From sequence record SRR22947727_99: a stretch of 41,891 nucleotides of DNA; one strand, given 5' to 3'. Under the pieces are notes generated by a model, which saw only the letters and a list, made by a program, of their open reading frames with translations, was not told the origin of the DNA and made no database searches. This document shows, piece after piece, positions 1 through 9,194 of this stretch. Numbering within the stretch: the first letter of the stretch is position 1; every line of letters begins with the position of its first letter. Made by a program: the position numbers and the translations under genes.

Positions 1-1
1 G

Positions 2-388
2 TTAGTATGTGCATTTATAAAAAAACATAAAGGAGTTTTTATCACAATTGATTACGGCTATAAAAATCCACCCGATCATTTTTCTTTACAAACTATATAT
101 CAGCACAAAAAGACTCACTTATTTGAAAATATTGGAAATCAAGATATTACAGCACATGTTAATTTTGATGAATTAATCTTTATAGCCAATGAATATAATC
201 TAAAAGTAGAAATATTTTGTTCACAAAAAGATTTTTTAATTTCTTGTGGTATACAAGAAAGAAAGAGAAAATTACAAAAAAATAAAAGTGATGAAGCTAT
301 TAAAAAAATAAATGCTGAATACGATAGATTAGTAAATAATTCTCAAATGGGTGAGTTATTTAAGGTATTAGTGATCTCATGTTTTTAA
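2..388 (+). CDS. 3' part of a SAM-dependent methyltransferase, MidA/NDUFAF7 family (5' end outside window)
   Basis: Manual translation of frame 2: ...GVFITIDYGY...SLQTIYQHK...IGNQDITAHVNF...SQKDFLISCGI...RLVNNSQMGELFKVL..CF*. IDYG, DITAHV and MGxLFKV are family motifs. It sits in its usual alphaproteobacterial position before pgeF-prs. Confidence 0.85.
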   Translation, partial: LVCAFIKKHKGVFITIDYGYKNPPDHFSLQTIYQHKKTHLFENIGNQDITAHVNFDELIFIANEYNLKVEIFCSQKDFLISCGIQERKRKLQKNKSDEAIKKINAEYDRLVNNSQMGELFKVLVISCF

Positions 389-1140
389 AAAATTTTTTTT
401 TTATTAAAAAGATTCCTCTCCAACATGGTTTTTTTACACGCTTAAATGGTCTATCCAAAAAAAAATTAAAATCTTTAAACTGCAATTTCTCTAATGAAGA
501 TGATAAAAAAAACGTATATGGCAATAGGTTAATCGCAATTAAAAATTTAAATTTAAAAAATAAAAAACTTGTTTTAATAAAACAAACTCACTCAACAAAA
601 GTTATTAGAGTCACAAAAAATAATTTAGATAAAAATATAGAAGCAGATGGTATGATAACCTCATTAAATGATGTTGTATTAGGAATTTTAACTGCGGATT
701 GTGCTCCTGTTATTATTTATGACGATAAGAATAAATTTGTTTGTAATTTACATTCTGGCTGGAAAGGTTCTTTGAATAATATTTCTCAAAAAGCTATAAA
801 ATTATTTGATAGATATCAGATTAAAAGAAAAAATTTAACTGCAATAGTAGGGCCTTGCCTTGGAGCAAAAAATTATGAAGTAGATAAAAATTTTCAAAAG
901 AGGTTTGTCAAAAAGAATATTAAATATTCTAAATTCTTTCGATATAAAAATAAGAAAAAGTCTTATTTTAACCTTAGAGCATTAATTAATTATCAACTAT
1001 CAGAACTAGGTTTAAAAAAGATCTACAATATTAGACAAGACACATATTCTAACGAGAAACTATTTTTTAGTCACAGACGCACTACACACAAAGGTCAAAA
1101 AACAACGGGGAGATTAATTAATTTAATATCTTTGAGTTAA
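379..1140 (+). CDS. pgeF: Peptidoglycan editing factor / purine nucleoside phosphorylase, YfiH family
   Basis: HGFFTR, QTHS, ADGMIT, TADCAP, HSGWKG, GPCL and FFSHRR motifs (His-Cys-His triad). Confidence 0.9.
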   Translation: MFLKNFFFIKKIPLQHGFFTRLNGLSKKKLKSLNCNFSNEDDKKNVYGNRLIAIKNLNLKNKKLVLIKQTHSTKVIRVTKNNLDKNIEADGMITSLNDVVLGILTADCAPVIIYDDKNKFVCNLHSGWKGSLNNISQKAIKLFDRYQIKRKNLTAIVGPCLGAKNYEVDKNFQKRFVKKNIKYSKFFRYKNKKKSYFNLRALINYQLSELGLKKIYNIRQDTYSNEKLFFSHRRTTHKGQKTTGRLINLISLS

Positions 1141-1184
1141 TGGTTGATCTATCTATAGACTGATATATTGATCATAATTATTAA

Positions 1185-2120
1185 ATGAAAATTATTGCCT
1201 GCAACAGTAATAAGATATTAGCTGAATCAATTTGTTCATATATTGGAGTTAAACTTGCAAACGCCTCTTTGAGAAAATTTGCAGATAAAGAAATCTTTGT
1301 TGAAATAAATGAAAATATAAGAGGGGAAGATGTCTTCATCATTCAATCAACTTCACACCCTGCCAATGACCATCTTATGGAACTACTTATTACTATCGAC
1401 GCCGCTAAAAGAGGATCAGCAAAAAGGATAACTGCAGTTATGCCTTATTACGGATATGCTCGTCAGGATAGAAAAACTGGTCCACGTACACCTATTACAG
1501 CAAAACTTGTAGCTAATCTAATTACCTCAGCAGGGGCTGATAGAGTTTTAACAATGGATTTGCATGCAGGTCAAATACAAGGTTTTTTTGATATCCCATT
1601 AGATAATATATTTTCAGCACCACCAATAATAAAAGATATGAAAAATAAATTCTCTAGTAATAATGATTTAGTGATCACCTCTCCTGATGTTGGGGGAGTA
1701 GTAAGAGCTAGAGCTTTTGCAAAACGGCTAAATGCAGGTTTAGCCATTGCAGACAAGAGAAGAGAAAAGGCAGGAGAATCTGAAGTAATGAATATTATAG
1801 GTGAGGTAAAAGGCAAAACCTGTATTTTACTTGATGATATTGCTGATTCTGCAGGCACATTGTGTAATGCTGCCAAAGCATTGAAAGGATTTGGAGCTAA
1901 AGAAATATACTCGTATATTGCTCATGGAGTATTATCTGGGGAAGCTTTGAGTAAGATTGAAAACTCGGCTATTAAAGAATTGGTCCTTACAGATAGTATT
2001 CATGCCTCAAATCAAGTAAAAAATACAAAAAATATTAGACATATTAGTATTGCTCCTTTAATGGGGGAGGCCATAAAAAGGATAAACAGTGATTCTTCTG
2101 TTTCAGCCCTTTTTGATTAA
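1185..2120 (+). CDS. prs: Ribose-phosphate pyrophosphokinase
   Basis: [43 protein letters not shown]. Confidence 0.98.
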   Translation: MKIIACNSNKILAESICSYIGVKLANASLRKFADKEIFVEINENIRGEDVFIIQSTSHPANDHLMELLITIDAAKRGSAKRITAVMPYYGYARQDRKTGPRTPITAKLVANLITSAGADRVLTMDLHAGQIQGFFDIPLDNIFSAPPIIKDMKNKFSSNNDLVITSPDVGGVVRARAFAKRLNAGLAIADKRREKAGESEVMNIIGEVKGKTCILLDDIADSAGTLCNAAKALKGFGAKEIYSYIAHGVLSGEALSKIENSAIKELVLTDSIHASNQVKNTKNIRHISIAPLMGEAIKRINSDSSVSALFD

Positions 2121-2128
2121 TTAAAGCT

Positions 2129-2776
2129 ATGGAAAAATATAAAGTAATTGAAAGATCTAAAGGTACCGGCTCAACGCATTCCTTATTAAACAAAGGAATG
2201 GTTCCAGGAATAGTTTATGGTAAAGGTACGGAGCCAACAAAAATAGCTTTTGAAGATAAAGTGCTCTTAAAGTTAATGCATACTGGTGCTTTTTATTCAA
2301 CAATTTTGGATTTAGATATAGATGGTAAAAATGAAAAAGTTTTACCTAAACAGTTGCAATATCATCCCGTAACAGACAAATTAATTCATTTTGATTTTTT
2401 AAGAGTACAGAATGACACTAAAGTAACTGTTGAAGTTCCTGTTGAATTTTTAAACCAAGATACTTGTCCTGGATTAAAAAAAGGTGGTGTTCTTAACCTG
2501 GTTAGACGTGAAGTTGAGCTTAGTTGTAATGCTAACAACATACCTGATAAATTACAATTTGATCTTATTAGTAGTGAAATTGGTGACTCAATCAAGATTA
2601 GTAATATTGATCTTCCAGAGGGTGTAATTCCAACTATAACGGATAGAGATTTCGTTGTAGCAACAGTTGTTCCACCTACAGTGGAAGTTGAAACTAAACC
2701 AGCTGAAAGTGCTGAAGAAATTAAAGATGAAAAAACTGAAGAGTCTAAGGAAGAATCTAAGGAAGAATCTAAGTAA
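2129..2776 (+). CDS. rplY: 50S ribosomal protein L25 / general stress protein Ctc
   Basis: VPGIVYG, QYHPVTDKLIHFDF, PGLKKGGVL; lies between prs and pth; acidic tail. Confidence 0.95.
   Translation: MEKYKVIERSKGTGSTHSLLNKGMVPGIVYGKGTEPTKIAFEDKVLLKLMHTGAFYSTILDLDIDGKNEKVLPKQLQYHPVTDKLIHFDFLRVQNDTKVTVEVPVEFLNQDTCPGLKKGGVLNLVRREVELSCNANNIPDKLQFDLISSEIGDSIKISNIDLPEGVIPTITDRDFVVATVVPPTVEVETKPAESAEEIKDEKTEESKEESKEESK
2738..2773 (+). repeat. Three tandem 12-bp units (GAAGARTCTAAG) encoding EESK x3 at the L25 C-terminus
   Basis: gaagagtctaag-gaagaatctaag-gaagaatctaag immediately before TAA. Confidence 0.9.
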
Positions 2777-2795
2777 ATTAATCTATAGTTAAAAT

Positions 2796-3356
2796 ATGTT
2801 TTTAATATGTGGCCTTGGTAATCCTGGCAAGGAGTACACCAACACGAGACATAATATTGGTTTCAACCTTATAGATAAATTATCCAATTTTTATAATTTT
2901 TTACCATTTAAAAAAGACACTAAAAAAGAAATATTGAAAGGTGACATCAACCATCAATCATGTTTATTAATGAAGCCACTAAATTTTATGAACTTGTCCG
3001 GTCAACCAATTCAAGAAATAGTAAACTTTTATAAAATTGATAAAAAAAAAATATATATAATTCATGATGATCTAGATTTAGAATTAGGTAAAGTAAAATT
3101 AAAGTTTGGTGGAGGAAACGGAGGTCATAATGGCCTTTCTAATATTGATGAAATGATAAGTAATAACTACAACAGAATTCGTATTGGCATAAGTCATCCA
3201 GGCTCTAAACATTTAGTATCTAATTATGTTTTAAATAAATTTACAAATGATGAAATGAATTTGATAGAGACAAAACTTGATAAAGTGACTGATAATTTTA
3301 AAACACTATTAGATGACCAAGTTCTATTTTTAACAAAATTAGCAAAGGAGAATTAA
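2796..3356 (+). CDS. pth: Peptidyl-tRNA hydrolase
   Basis: GLGNPG, TRHNIG, KPLNFMNLSG, HDDLD, GGHNGL, RIRIGI. Confidence 0.97.
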   Translation: MFLICGLGNPGKEYTNTRHNIGFNLIDKLSNFYNFLPFKKDTKKEILKGDINHQSCLLMKPLNFMNLSGQPIQEIVNFYKIDKKKIYIIHDDLDLELGKVKLKFGGGNGGHNGLSNIDEMISNNYNRIRIGISHPGSKHLVSNYVLNKFTNDEMNLIETKLDKVTDNFKTLLDDQVLFLTKLAKEN

Positions 3357-4456
3357 TGGGATTTAAATGTGGAATTATTGGTTTACCAAATGTTGGGAAG
3401 TCTACATTATTTAATGCTTTAACTGAGTCTAATAAAGCTGAAGCAGCTAATTATCCATTTGCAACAATTGAGCCTAATGTTGGAAGAGTTGCAGTTCCTG
3501 ATAATAGATTAGATGTTTTAGGTAAAATTGGTAAGAGTGAAAAAATCATACCCTCATATATGGATTTTGTTGATATTGCAGGATTAGTAAAAGGAGCTTC
3601 TCAAGGAGAAGGATTGGGAAATAAATTTTTAGGACATATTCGTGAAGTTGATGCAATTGCACATGTAGTTAGATGTTTTAATGACGAAAATATTACCCAT
3701 GTATCAAATACTATTGATCCACTAAACGATATTGAAACAATTAATACAGAATTACAACTTGCAGATATTGAAACATTAGATGCTAAGAAAAATTCTTTAG
3801 AAAAAAAATCAAAACAAGGTGATAAAGAAATACTCAATCAAATAAATATAATTGAAAAAATTATAGAAAATTTAAATGATTTAAGTTTCTTACAAAATAA
3901 TGAATTTACTGAGGAAGAGAATGAATTTGTTAAATCACTAAATATCATAGCCATTAAACCAATGTTGTATATTTGCAATGTAGATGAAGAGTCTGTTCAA
4001 AATGGGAATGAGATGTCAAAAAAAGTAAGCGAATATGCTCATAAAAAAAATCATAATGCAGTTATCGTATCAGCATCAATTGAATCACAGATAGCAGAAT
4101 TAGAAGATAATGATGAAAAATTAGAAATGATTAAAGAAATGGGTCTTAGTGATACTACTCTCTCTAAAGTAATAAAAAGTGGTTATAGTCTTCTTAATCT
4201 TATAAATTACTTTACATGTGGCCCAAAAGAAACACGCTCATGGACTATCGATAAAAATACTTTAGCACCACAAGCTGCAGGAAAAATTCATAGTGATTTT
4301 GAAAAAGGTTTTATTCGAGCTGAAACTATTGCTTATCAAGATTTTGTAGAATTTAATGGAGAGTCTAGAAGTAGAGATGCAGGTAAACTAAGACAGGAAG
4401 GAAAAGATTACGTTGTTAAAAATGGTGATGTGATGCACTTTCTTTTTAATGTTTAA
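3356..4456 (+). CDS. ychF: Redox-regulated ATPase YchF (Obg family)
   Basis: GLPNVGKST, ANYPFATIEPN, DIAGLVKGASQGEGLGN, IHSDFEKGFIRAE. Confidence 0.98.
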   Translation: MGFKCGIIGLPNVGKSTLFNALTESNKAEAANYPFATIEPNVGRVAVPDNRLDVLGKIGKSEKIIPSYMDFVDIAGLVKGASQGEGLGNKFLGHIREVDAIAHVVRCFNDENITHVSNTIDPLNDIETINTELQLADIETLDAKKNSLEKKSKQGDKEILNQINIIEKIIENLNDLSFLQNNEFTEEENEFVKSLNIIAIKPMLYICNVDEESVQNGNEMSKKVSEYAHKKNHNAVIVSASIESQIAELEDNDEKLEMIKEMGLSDTTLSKVIKSGYSLLNLINYFTCGPKETRSWTIDKNTLAPQAAGKIHSDFEKGFIRAETIAYQDFVEFNGESRSRDAGKLRQEGKDYVVKNGDVMHFLFNV

Positions 4457-5208
4457 TGTACGCCTCTCCAAAGTCTATTTTTTGCTAAATACACAACAGT
4501 TCCAAGTATCAAGAAAAATAAAATAACTTTAATTCCCATATTTTTTCTCACTTCTAATTCTGGCTCTGCAGACCATTTTAAAAAAGTTACAACATCCTCT
4601 GAAAGTTGCTTTGCATTCGTGTCAGTTCCATCATCATAATCAACGCTCCCATCAAGAATTGGAGCTGGCATAGCAATTTGATTTCCAGCCATCCACTTGT
4701 TGTAGTACATACCATTACCTACTTCTAATCCCTCTGGCGCTTCTTCATAACCCATTAACAAATTATAAATATAGTCCTCTCCATATTTTCGCGCTTTCGT
4801 AATAACACTTAAATCTGGAGGATAAGCTCCATTATTATTAGCCCTCGCCTCATTATCATTTAGGTATGGATTGACAAATCTATCCGCAGGACGAGCGGGT
4901 CTCTCAAACATTTCACCCTCATCATTTGGACCATCTAAAACATCATACTCTGCTGCAATTGCCTTTACTTGTGCTTTAGAAAAGCCAATATCTATAAGGT
5001 CTCTATAATATAACAATTTCATAGAGTGGCACCCAGCACAAACTTCTCTGTAGACTTTAAAGCCTCTTTGTAATGCCGCTCTATCAAATGTTCCTGTAAT
5101 ACCATTAAAAGACCATTCATGTTTTGGCATTGGACCATTATTAGACTCAGCTGCTTGTATATTAAATGAGAATGTTAATATTAATAGAATAATTAATTTT
5201 TTTAGCAT
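4453..5208 (-). CDS. petC: Cytochrome c1 of the bc1 complex
   Basis: Signal peptide, CAGCH heme motif, PPDLS, IAMPAP, C-terminal TM anchor. Confidence 0.97.
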   Translation of the reverse strand: MLKKLIILLILTFSFNIQAAESNNGPMPKHEWSFNGITGTFDRAALQRGFKVYREVCAGCHSMKLLYYRDLIDIGFSKAQVKAIAAEYDVLDGPNDEGEMFERPARPADRFVNPYLNDNEARANNNGAYPPDLSVITKARKYGEDYIYNLLMGYEEAPEGLEVGNGMYYNKWMAGNQIAMPAPILDGSVDYDDGTDTNAKQLSEDVVTFLKWSAEPELEVRKNMGIKVILFFLILGTVVYLAKNRLWRGVH

Positions 5209-6474
5209 TTAATGAATTTCTTTTTCACTTACAGGCACAGGTGCTTCTTTGCCACCACCAAGATATACATCACTTATACTTAAAGGAAGTGCTTTTGGTT
5301 TTTCTATCCATCCAATAAGCGGTGTTATAATAATGAAGAAAACAAAATAATATATTAGGCCAATTCTTGCTATTAAAAGATATAAGCCTTCAGCGGGCAA
5401 CATACCTACATAACCAAGAGCAAAAAAGTTAACAAAAAATAACATCATAAACCATTTGTAAATAGGTCTGAAATTACAACTCCTCACTTTTGATGTATCT
5501 AGCCATGGAAGAACAAAAAGAATTGCAATCGCTCCAAACATCAACAACACTCCACCTAATTTATCAGGTACCGCGCGTAAAATTGCGTAGAATGGGGCTA
5601 AATACCAGTTAGGAACAATGTGTGCTGGGGTAACCAGAGGATCCGCAGGGATATAATTATCAACCTCTGCCATTAAGTTAGGACCAAAGAATATAACTGC
5701 TGAAATAAGTACACCAAAAACACAAACTGCTACAGTGTCTTTAATTAGCATATAAGGGAAAAAGTTTACGGTATCGTTTTTGGATCTGATATCTATTCCA
5801 GCAGGATTATTTGATCCATGAACATGCACTGCAGCAACATGCAAACCTACAACACCAAATATAACAAAAGGAAGAACATAATGAAGAGCAAAAAACCTAT
5901 TTAATGTTGCATTACCAACAGTATAGTCACCAAGCAACCAAGTCTTAAGACCTTCACCTACTATTGGAATAGCGCTAAATAGATTTGTGATAACCGTAGC
6001 TCCCCAATAAGACATCTGTCCCCATGGAAGCGTATACCCAAGAAATGACGTTGCCATCATTAGAAGAAAAATAAAAACACCTAATATCCAATTAAGCTCT
6101 CTTGGAAATTTATAAGAACCGTAATACATTGCTCGTATCATATGAATGAAAACAATAATGAAGAAAAATGAAGCTCCATTTGAATGGATATACCTAAGAA
6201 GCCAACCATAGTTTACATCTCTCATTATTCTCTCAACACTATCAAATGCCATTTCAGTATGAGGTGTATAGTTCATCGCAAGAAAAATACCGCTCACTAT
6301 CATTGTGATTAATGTGATTGTAGCTAATGCACCAAAGCTCCAAAAGTAATTGCAGTTTTTAGGCATTGGGTACTCACCATATTCTTTTTGAAAGTAAGAA
6401 ATAATTGGAAGTCTAAATTCAATCCAGTTTAAAACAGGATTTTTAAATTTTGTAGGTTCTGAATTACCACTCAT
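5209..6474 (-). CDS. petB: Cytochrome b of the bc1 complex
   Basis: RDVNYGWLLRYIHSNGAS, LPWGQMSYWGATVITN, HIVPNWY (PEWY-equivalent motif). Confidence 0.98.
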   Translation of the reverse strand: MSGNSEPTKFKNPVLNWIEFRLPIISYFQKEYGEYPMPKNCNYFWSFGALATITLITMIVSGIFLAMNYTPHTEMAFDSVERIMRDVNYGWLLRYIHSNGASFFFIIVFIHMIRAMYYGSYKFPRELNWILGVFIFLLMMATSFLGYTLPWGQMSYWGATVITNLFSAIPIVGEGLKTWLLGDYTVGNATLNRFFALHYVLPFVIFGVVGLHVAAVHVHGSNNPAGIDIRSKNDTVNFFPYMLIKDTVAVCVFGVLISAVIFFGPNLMAEVDNYIPADPLVTPAHIVPNWYLAPFYAILRAVPDKLGGVLLMFGAIAILFVLPWLDTSKVRSCNFRPIYKWFMMLFFVNFFALGYVGMLPAEGLYLLIARIGLIYYFVFFIIITPLIGWIEKPKALPLSISDVYLGGGKEAPVPVSEKEIH

Positions 6475-6476
6475 AA

Positions 6477-7004
6477 TTAACCAATCTTAATTGTTGTATC
6501 ATTTAAAAAAGAATAAGGGGGTACTGCAAGGTTTTCAGGTGCAGGCCCTTTTCTTATTCTACCGGAAGTATCGTAGTGTGATCCGTGGCAAGGACAATAC
6601 CAGCCATTATACTCACCTTTGCTATCAGTTAACTTTTGACCAAGAGGAACGCACCCTAGATGAGTGCAAACACCAACCAAGACTAGCCATTCATCTTTTT
6701 TTACACGGTTTATATCTTCTTCAGGATCTTTTAAATCTTCAATGTTTACAGTTTTTGCTTCATCAATTTCATCTTTTGTTCTTTTTCGAATAAATACTGG
6801 CTTACCTCTCCATTTTACTGTTACGCTTTGTCCCTCTTCTATAGAGCTAACATCAACTTCAGTTGTTCCAAGTGCTAGAGTATCCTCTGCGGGACTCATA
6901 CTTTTTAGGAAAGGCCATATAAATGCAGCCGTACCAACTGCTCCTATTGATAATGTACTTAATTGTAAAAAATCTCTTCTTTTACTATCGGGTTTTTCAG
7001 ACAT
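6477..7004 (-). CDS. petA: Rieske iron-sulfur subunit of the bc1 complex
   Basis: Tat signal KRRDFL, CTHLGC, CPCHGS. Confidence 0.98.
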   Translation of the reverse strand: MSEKPDSKRRDFLQLSTLSIGAVGTAAFIWPFLKSMSPAEDTLALGTTEVDVSSIEEGQSVTVKWRGKPVFIRKRTKDEIDEAKTVNIEDLKDPEEDINRVKKDEWLVLVGVCTHLGCVPLGQKLTDSKGEYNGWYCPCHGSHYDTSGRIRKGPAPENLAVPPYSFLNDTTIKIG

Positions 7005-7064
7005 AATTTAAATTTCTGTTATAGCGTAATATAGTTTAAATTCGATAAAAAATACTAAATTATC

Positions 7065-7081
7065 TGTGCCAGCGTGACGCA
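7065..7081. promoter_or_regulatory. Putative RegA/PrrA/RegR binding box upstream of petABC
   Basis: TGTGCC-AGCGT-GACGCA (reverse strand TGCGTC-N5-GGCACA), a GC-rich motif in an AT-rich spacer that resembles the GCGNC-N5-GNCGC consensus. Confidence 0.6.
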
Positions 7082-7109
7082 ATCATAAAAATACTGTAGA
7101 TGAGAATTA

Positions 7110-7562
7110 ATGCGAATTGCCTTATATCAACCAGACATACCTCAAAATACAGGTAATATTTTTCGATTAGGTGCATGCTTAGGAGTATCTGTAGATATTA
7201 TTGAGCCTACTGGTTTTATTTTTGATGATAAAAAATTCAAAAGAAGTGCGATGGACTATATTGATCACATTGATTATAAAAGACATATTGATTGGCAACA
7301 ATTTTATGATTGGTCTCAAGAAAAAAAATATCGTTTAATACTAATGACCACCAAAGCTAGACAAAGCTTTTATGAGTTTGAGTTTCATTCATCAGATATT
7401 CTTTTATTTGGAAGAGAAAGTGCTGGTGTTCCAGATAACATTCATCAAATAGTCGATCACCGTCTTACTATACCGATGAAGGAAGGGGTAAGATCAATTA
7501 ATTTAAGTAGCTCAGTTGCTCTTGTTCTAGGAGAAGGCCTTCGGCAAACAAATAGTATTTAG
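7110..7562 (+). CDS. trmL: tRNA (cytidine/uridine-34 2'-O)-methyltransferase
   Basis: PDIPQNTGN, RSAMDY, FGRESAGVP, RSINLS (SPOUT fold). Confidence 0.95.
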   Translation: MRIALYQPDIPQNTGNIFRLGACLGVSVDIIEPTGFIFDDKKFKRSAMDYIDHIDYKRHIDWQQFYDWSQEKKYRLILMTTKARQSFYEFEFHSSDILLFGRESAGVPDNIHQIVDHRLTIPMKEGVRSINLSSSVALVLGEGLRQTNSI

Positions 7563-8416
7563 CTTAAGGTTCCCATTTTACCATTTTGGTAATCCAACAT
7601 TGCTTTCTTCATATCTCCCTCAGTATTCGCAACAAAAGGTCCGTACCTAACAACAGGTTCATTTAAGGGTTCTCCAGATAAAACCAAATAAGATCCAGTG
7701 GGTGATATTGAAGTTAGATTAATCATATCAGATGACTGATCAAAATAAATCATCTGTCCTTTTCTAGCAATTTGATTATCATCACTAAATTTTAATTCCC
7801 CGTCTATTACATAAACCATTACTGTTTGGTTTTTAGGTATATCTAAATCTAACAAACTTGGGTTTGTGAACTGAACATCAAAAATTGAAACGGGTGAGTA
7901 GGTCTGAACAGCTGAAGAAATATTTTTAACTTTACCAACTAGCACTTTTATTAAAACATCATTTCCCTCATCAATAGTAGGAATGTCATTTTTTTTTATA
8001 TGTTGATACCATGGTTTAACGTTCTTATTTTTTTGTGGAAGGTTTACCCAAATTTGTAACCCTTGCATTACTCCACCACTTTTTTTAAATTTATCTGTCA
8101 CTAATTCTGAATGTATAAGACCTGATCCTGTAGTCATCCATTGAATGTCTCCTGTCTCAATAGCTGCTTGACCGCCCCATGAGTCTTTATGCTCAACTTC
8201 CCCACCTAATAAATATGTAATTGCTTCAAACCCACAGTGAGGATGCGCTGGTACACCCGTTGCCCCTCCTGGCTCATAATTTATTGGTCCGAAGTGATCA
8301 AATAAAAGAAATGGATCATTTTCTCTCATTTCAGGAACAGGGAAGGCTCTTGTCACAGGAATGCCGTCCCCTTCAAAAGTTTTCATACAATCTTTAATCG
8401 TAACAATTCTTCTCAT
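7559..8416 (-). CDS. Pirin family protein (bicupin)
   Basis: DPFLLFDH, HPHCGFE, HKDS, QWMTTGSGLIHSE, QIWVNLP, EPVVRYGPFVAN. Confidence 0.93.
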   Translation of the reverse strand: MRRIVTIKDCMKTFEGDGIPVTRAFPVPEMRENDPFLLFDHFGPINYEPGGATGVPAHPHCGFEAITYLLGGEVEHKDSWGGQAAIETGDIQWMTTGSGLIHSELVTDKFKKSGGVMQGLQIWVNLPQKNKNVKPWYQHIKKNDIPTIDEGNDVLIKVLVGKVKNISSAVQTYSPVSIFDVQFTNPSLLDLDIPKNQTVMVYVIDGELKFSDDNQIARKGQMIYFDQSSDMINLTSISPTGSYLVLSGEPLNEPVVRYGPFVANTEGDMKKAMLDYQNGKMGTLS

Positions 8417-8457
8417 AATATCCTAAATGGTTATAAATTTATTTATTTCAATTTTTT

Positions 8458-8697
8458 TTATAAATTCATATGACTTCCATCACAAAAAGGTTGATTGGAT
8501 GTTTGTTGGCACCCACAAAGATACACCTTACCAGTTTTCTCAGCATTAAAAGCAACATTGTTAAAATTTGTCTTACTATGTGAACCGTCGCAGAAAGGCT
8601 GATTACTGCTCTCTCCACATTGACACCAGTAATAAGTTTTACCCTCTTCTACCTCAACTACATAATTACCTGAGTGCATTATTTTTCCTCTACTCAT
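8458..8697 (-). CDS. Soluble tandem CDGSH [2Fe-2S] protein (MiNT/CISD3-like)
   Basis: Two motifs: WCQCGESSNQPFCDGSH and LCGCQQTSNQPFCDGSH. Strong SD (AGGAG) upstream. Confidence 0.93.
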   Translation of the reverse strand: MSRGKIMHSGNYVVEVEEGKTYYWCQCGESSNQPFCDGSHSKTNFNNVAFNAEKTGKVYLCGCQQTSNQPFCDGSHMNL

Positions 8698-8792
8698 AAT
8701 TTATCTCCTAATTTTTATGAAAAAAAATAAATAATTAAATTTGAGTAATAAGCAATTAGGCAATTTTTTTGGCCTAGTATGTAAAAATTGTC

Positions 8793-8819
8793 TATAGTAT
8801 ATTTTTTTATTATACTATA
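8793..8819. promoter_or_regulatory. Palindromic operator, probably bound by the adjacent HxlR regulator
   Basis: Perfect inverted repeat TATAGTATA-N9-TATACTATA in the divergent promoter region; extra AGTAT/ATACT half-sites at 8776 and 8827. Confidence 0.55.
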
Positions 8820-8834
8820 TTAAATCATACTGTA

Positions 8835-9194
8835 ATGAAAAACAATAAACATCACTGTCCAGTATCCGATGCCTTAACAATTCTTGGAGGAAAATGGAAA
8901 ATAAATATTATTTTTCAATTATCACAAAACACAACGCGCTTTGGTGCCCTTCGAAGATCGCTAGGTGGTGTAACTCAACAAATGTTAACTAAACAATTAA
9001 GAGAAATGGAGCGTGACAAACTCATAAACAGAAAAGTCTATGATGTTGTGCCTCCAAAAGTTGAATATTCTCTAACTAATTTAGGTAGGTCCAGTCTTCC
9101 CATTTTAAAATCATTAGCTCATTGGGGTAATGCAAAAAAAAGAACAATTAATAAAGTAATAGAAAATAATTATGCTGAAGTAGTTAATTTATAA
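8835..9194 (+). CDS. HxlR/DUF24 (MarR-like wHTH) transcriptional regulator
   Basis: HCPVSDALTILGGKWK, RFGALRR, MLTKQLREMERD, VPPKVEYSLT. Confidence 0.93.
   Translation: MKNNKHHCPVSDALTILGGKWKINIIFQLSQNTTRFGALRRSLGGVTQQMLTKQLREMERDKLINRKVYDVVPPKVEYSLTNLGRSSLPILKSLAHWGNAKKRTINKVIENNYAEVVNL

Noticed and set aside
393-402. Long A/T homopolymers (T10 in pgeF, A10 in pth, T-runs in the last gene) as phase-variation tracts
   Set aside because: Frames are intact, and such runs are frequent throughout this AT-rich sequence, including in essential genes.
2738-2773. EESK tandem repeat as a CRISPR or mobile repeat
   Set aside because: In-frame, spacerless low-complexity tail typical of Ctc-type L25.
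1571-7011. Track ORFs 1571-1876, 2386-2595, 3601-3837, 6491-6793 and 6664-7011
   Set aside because: Antisense shadows of prs, rplY, ychF and petA; no motifs, and composition typical of reverse-frame ORFs.
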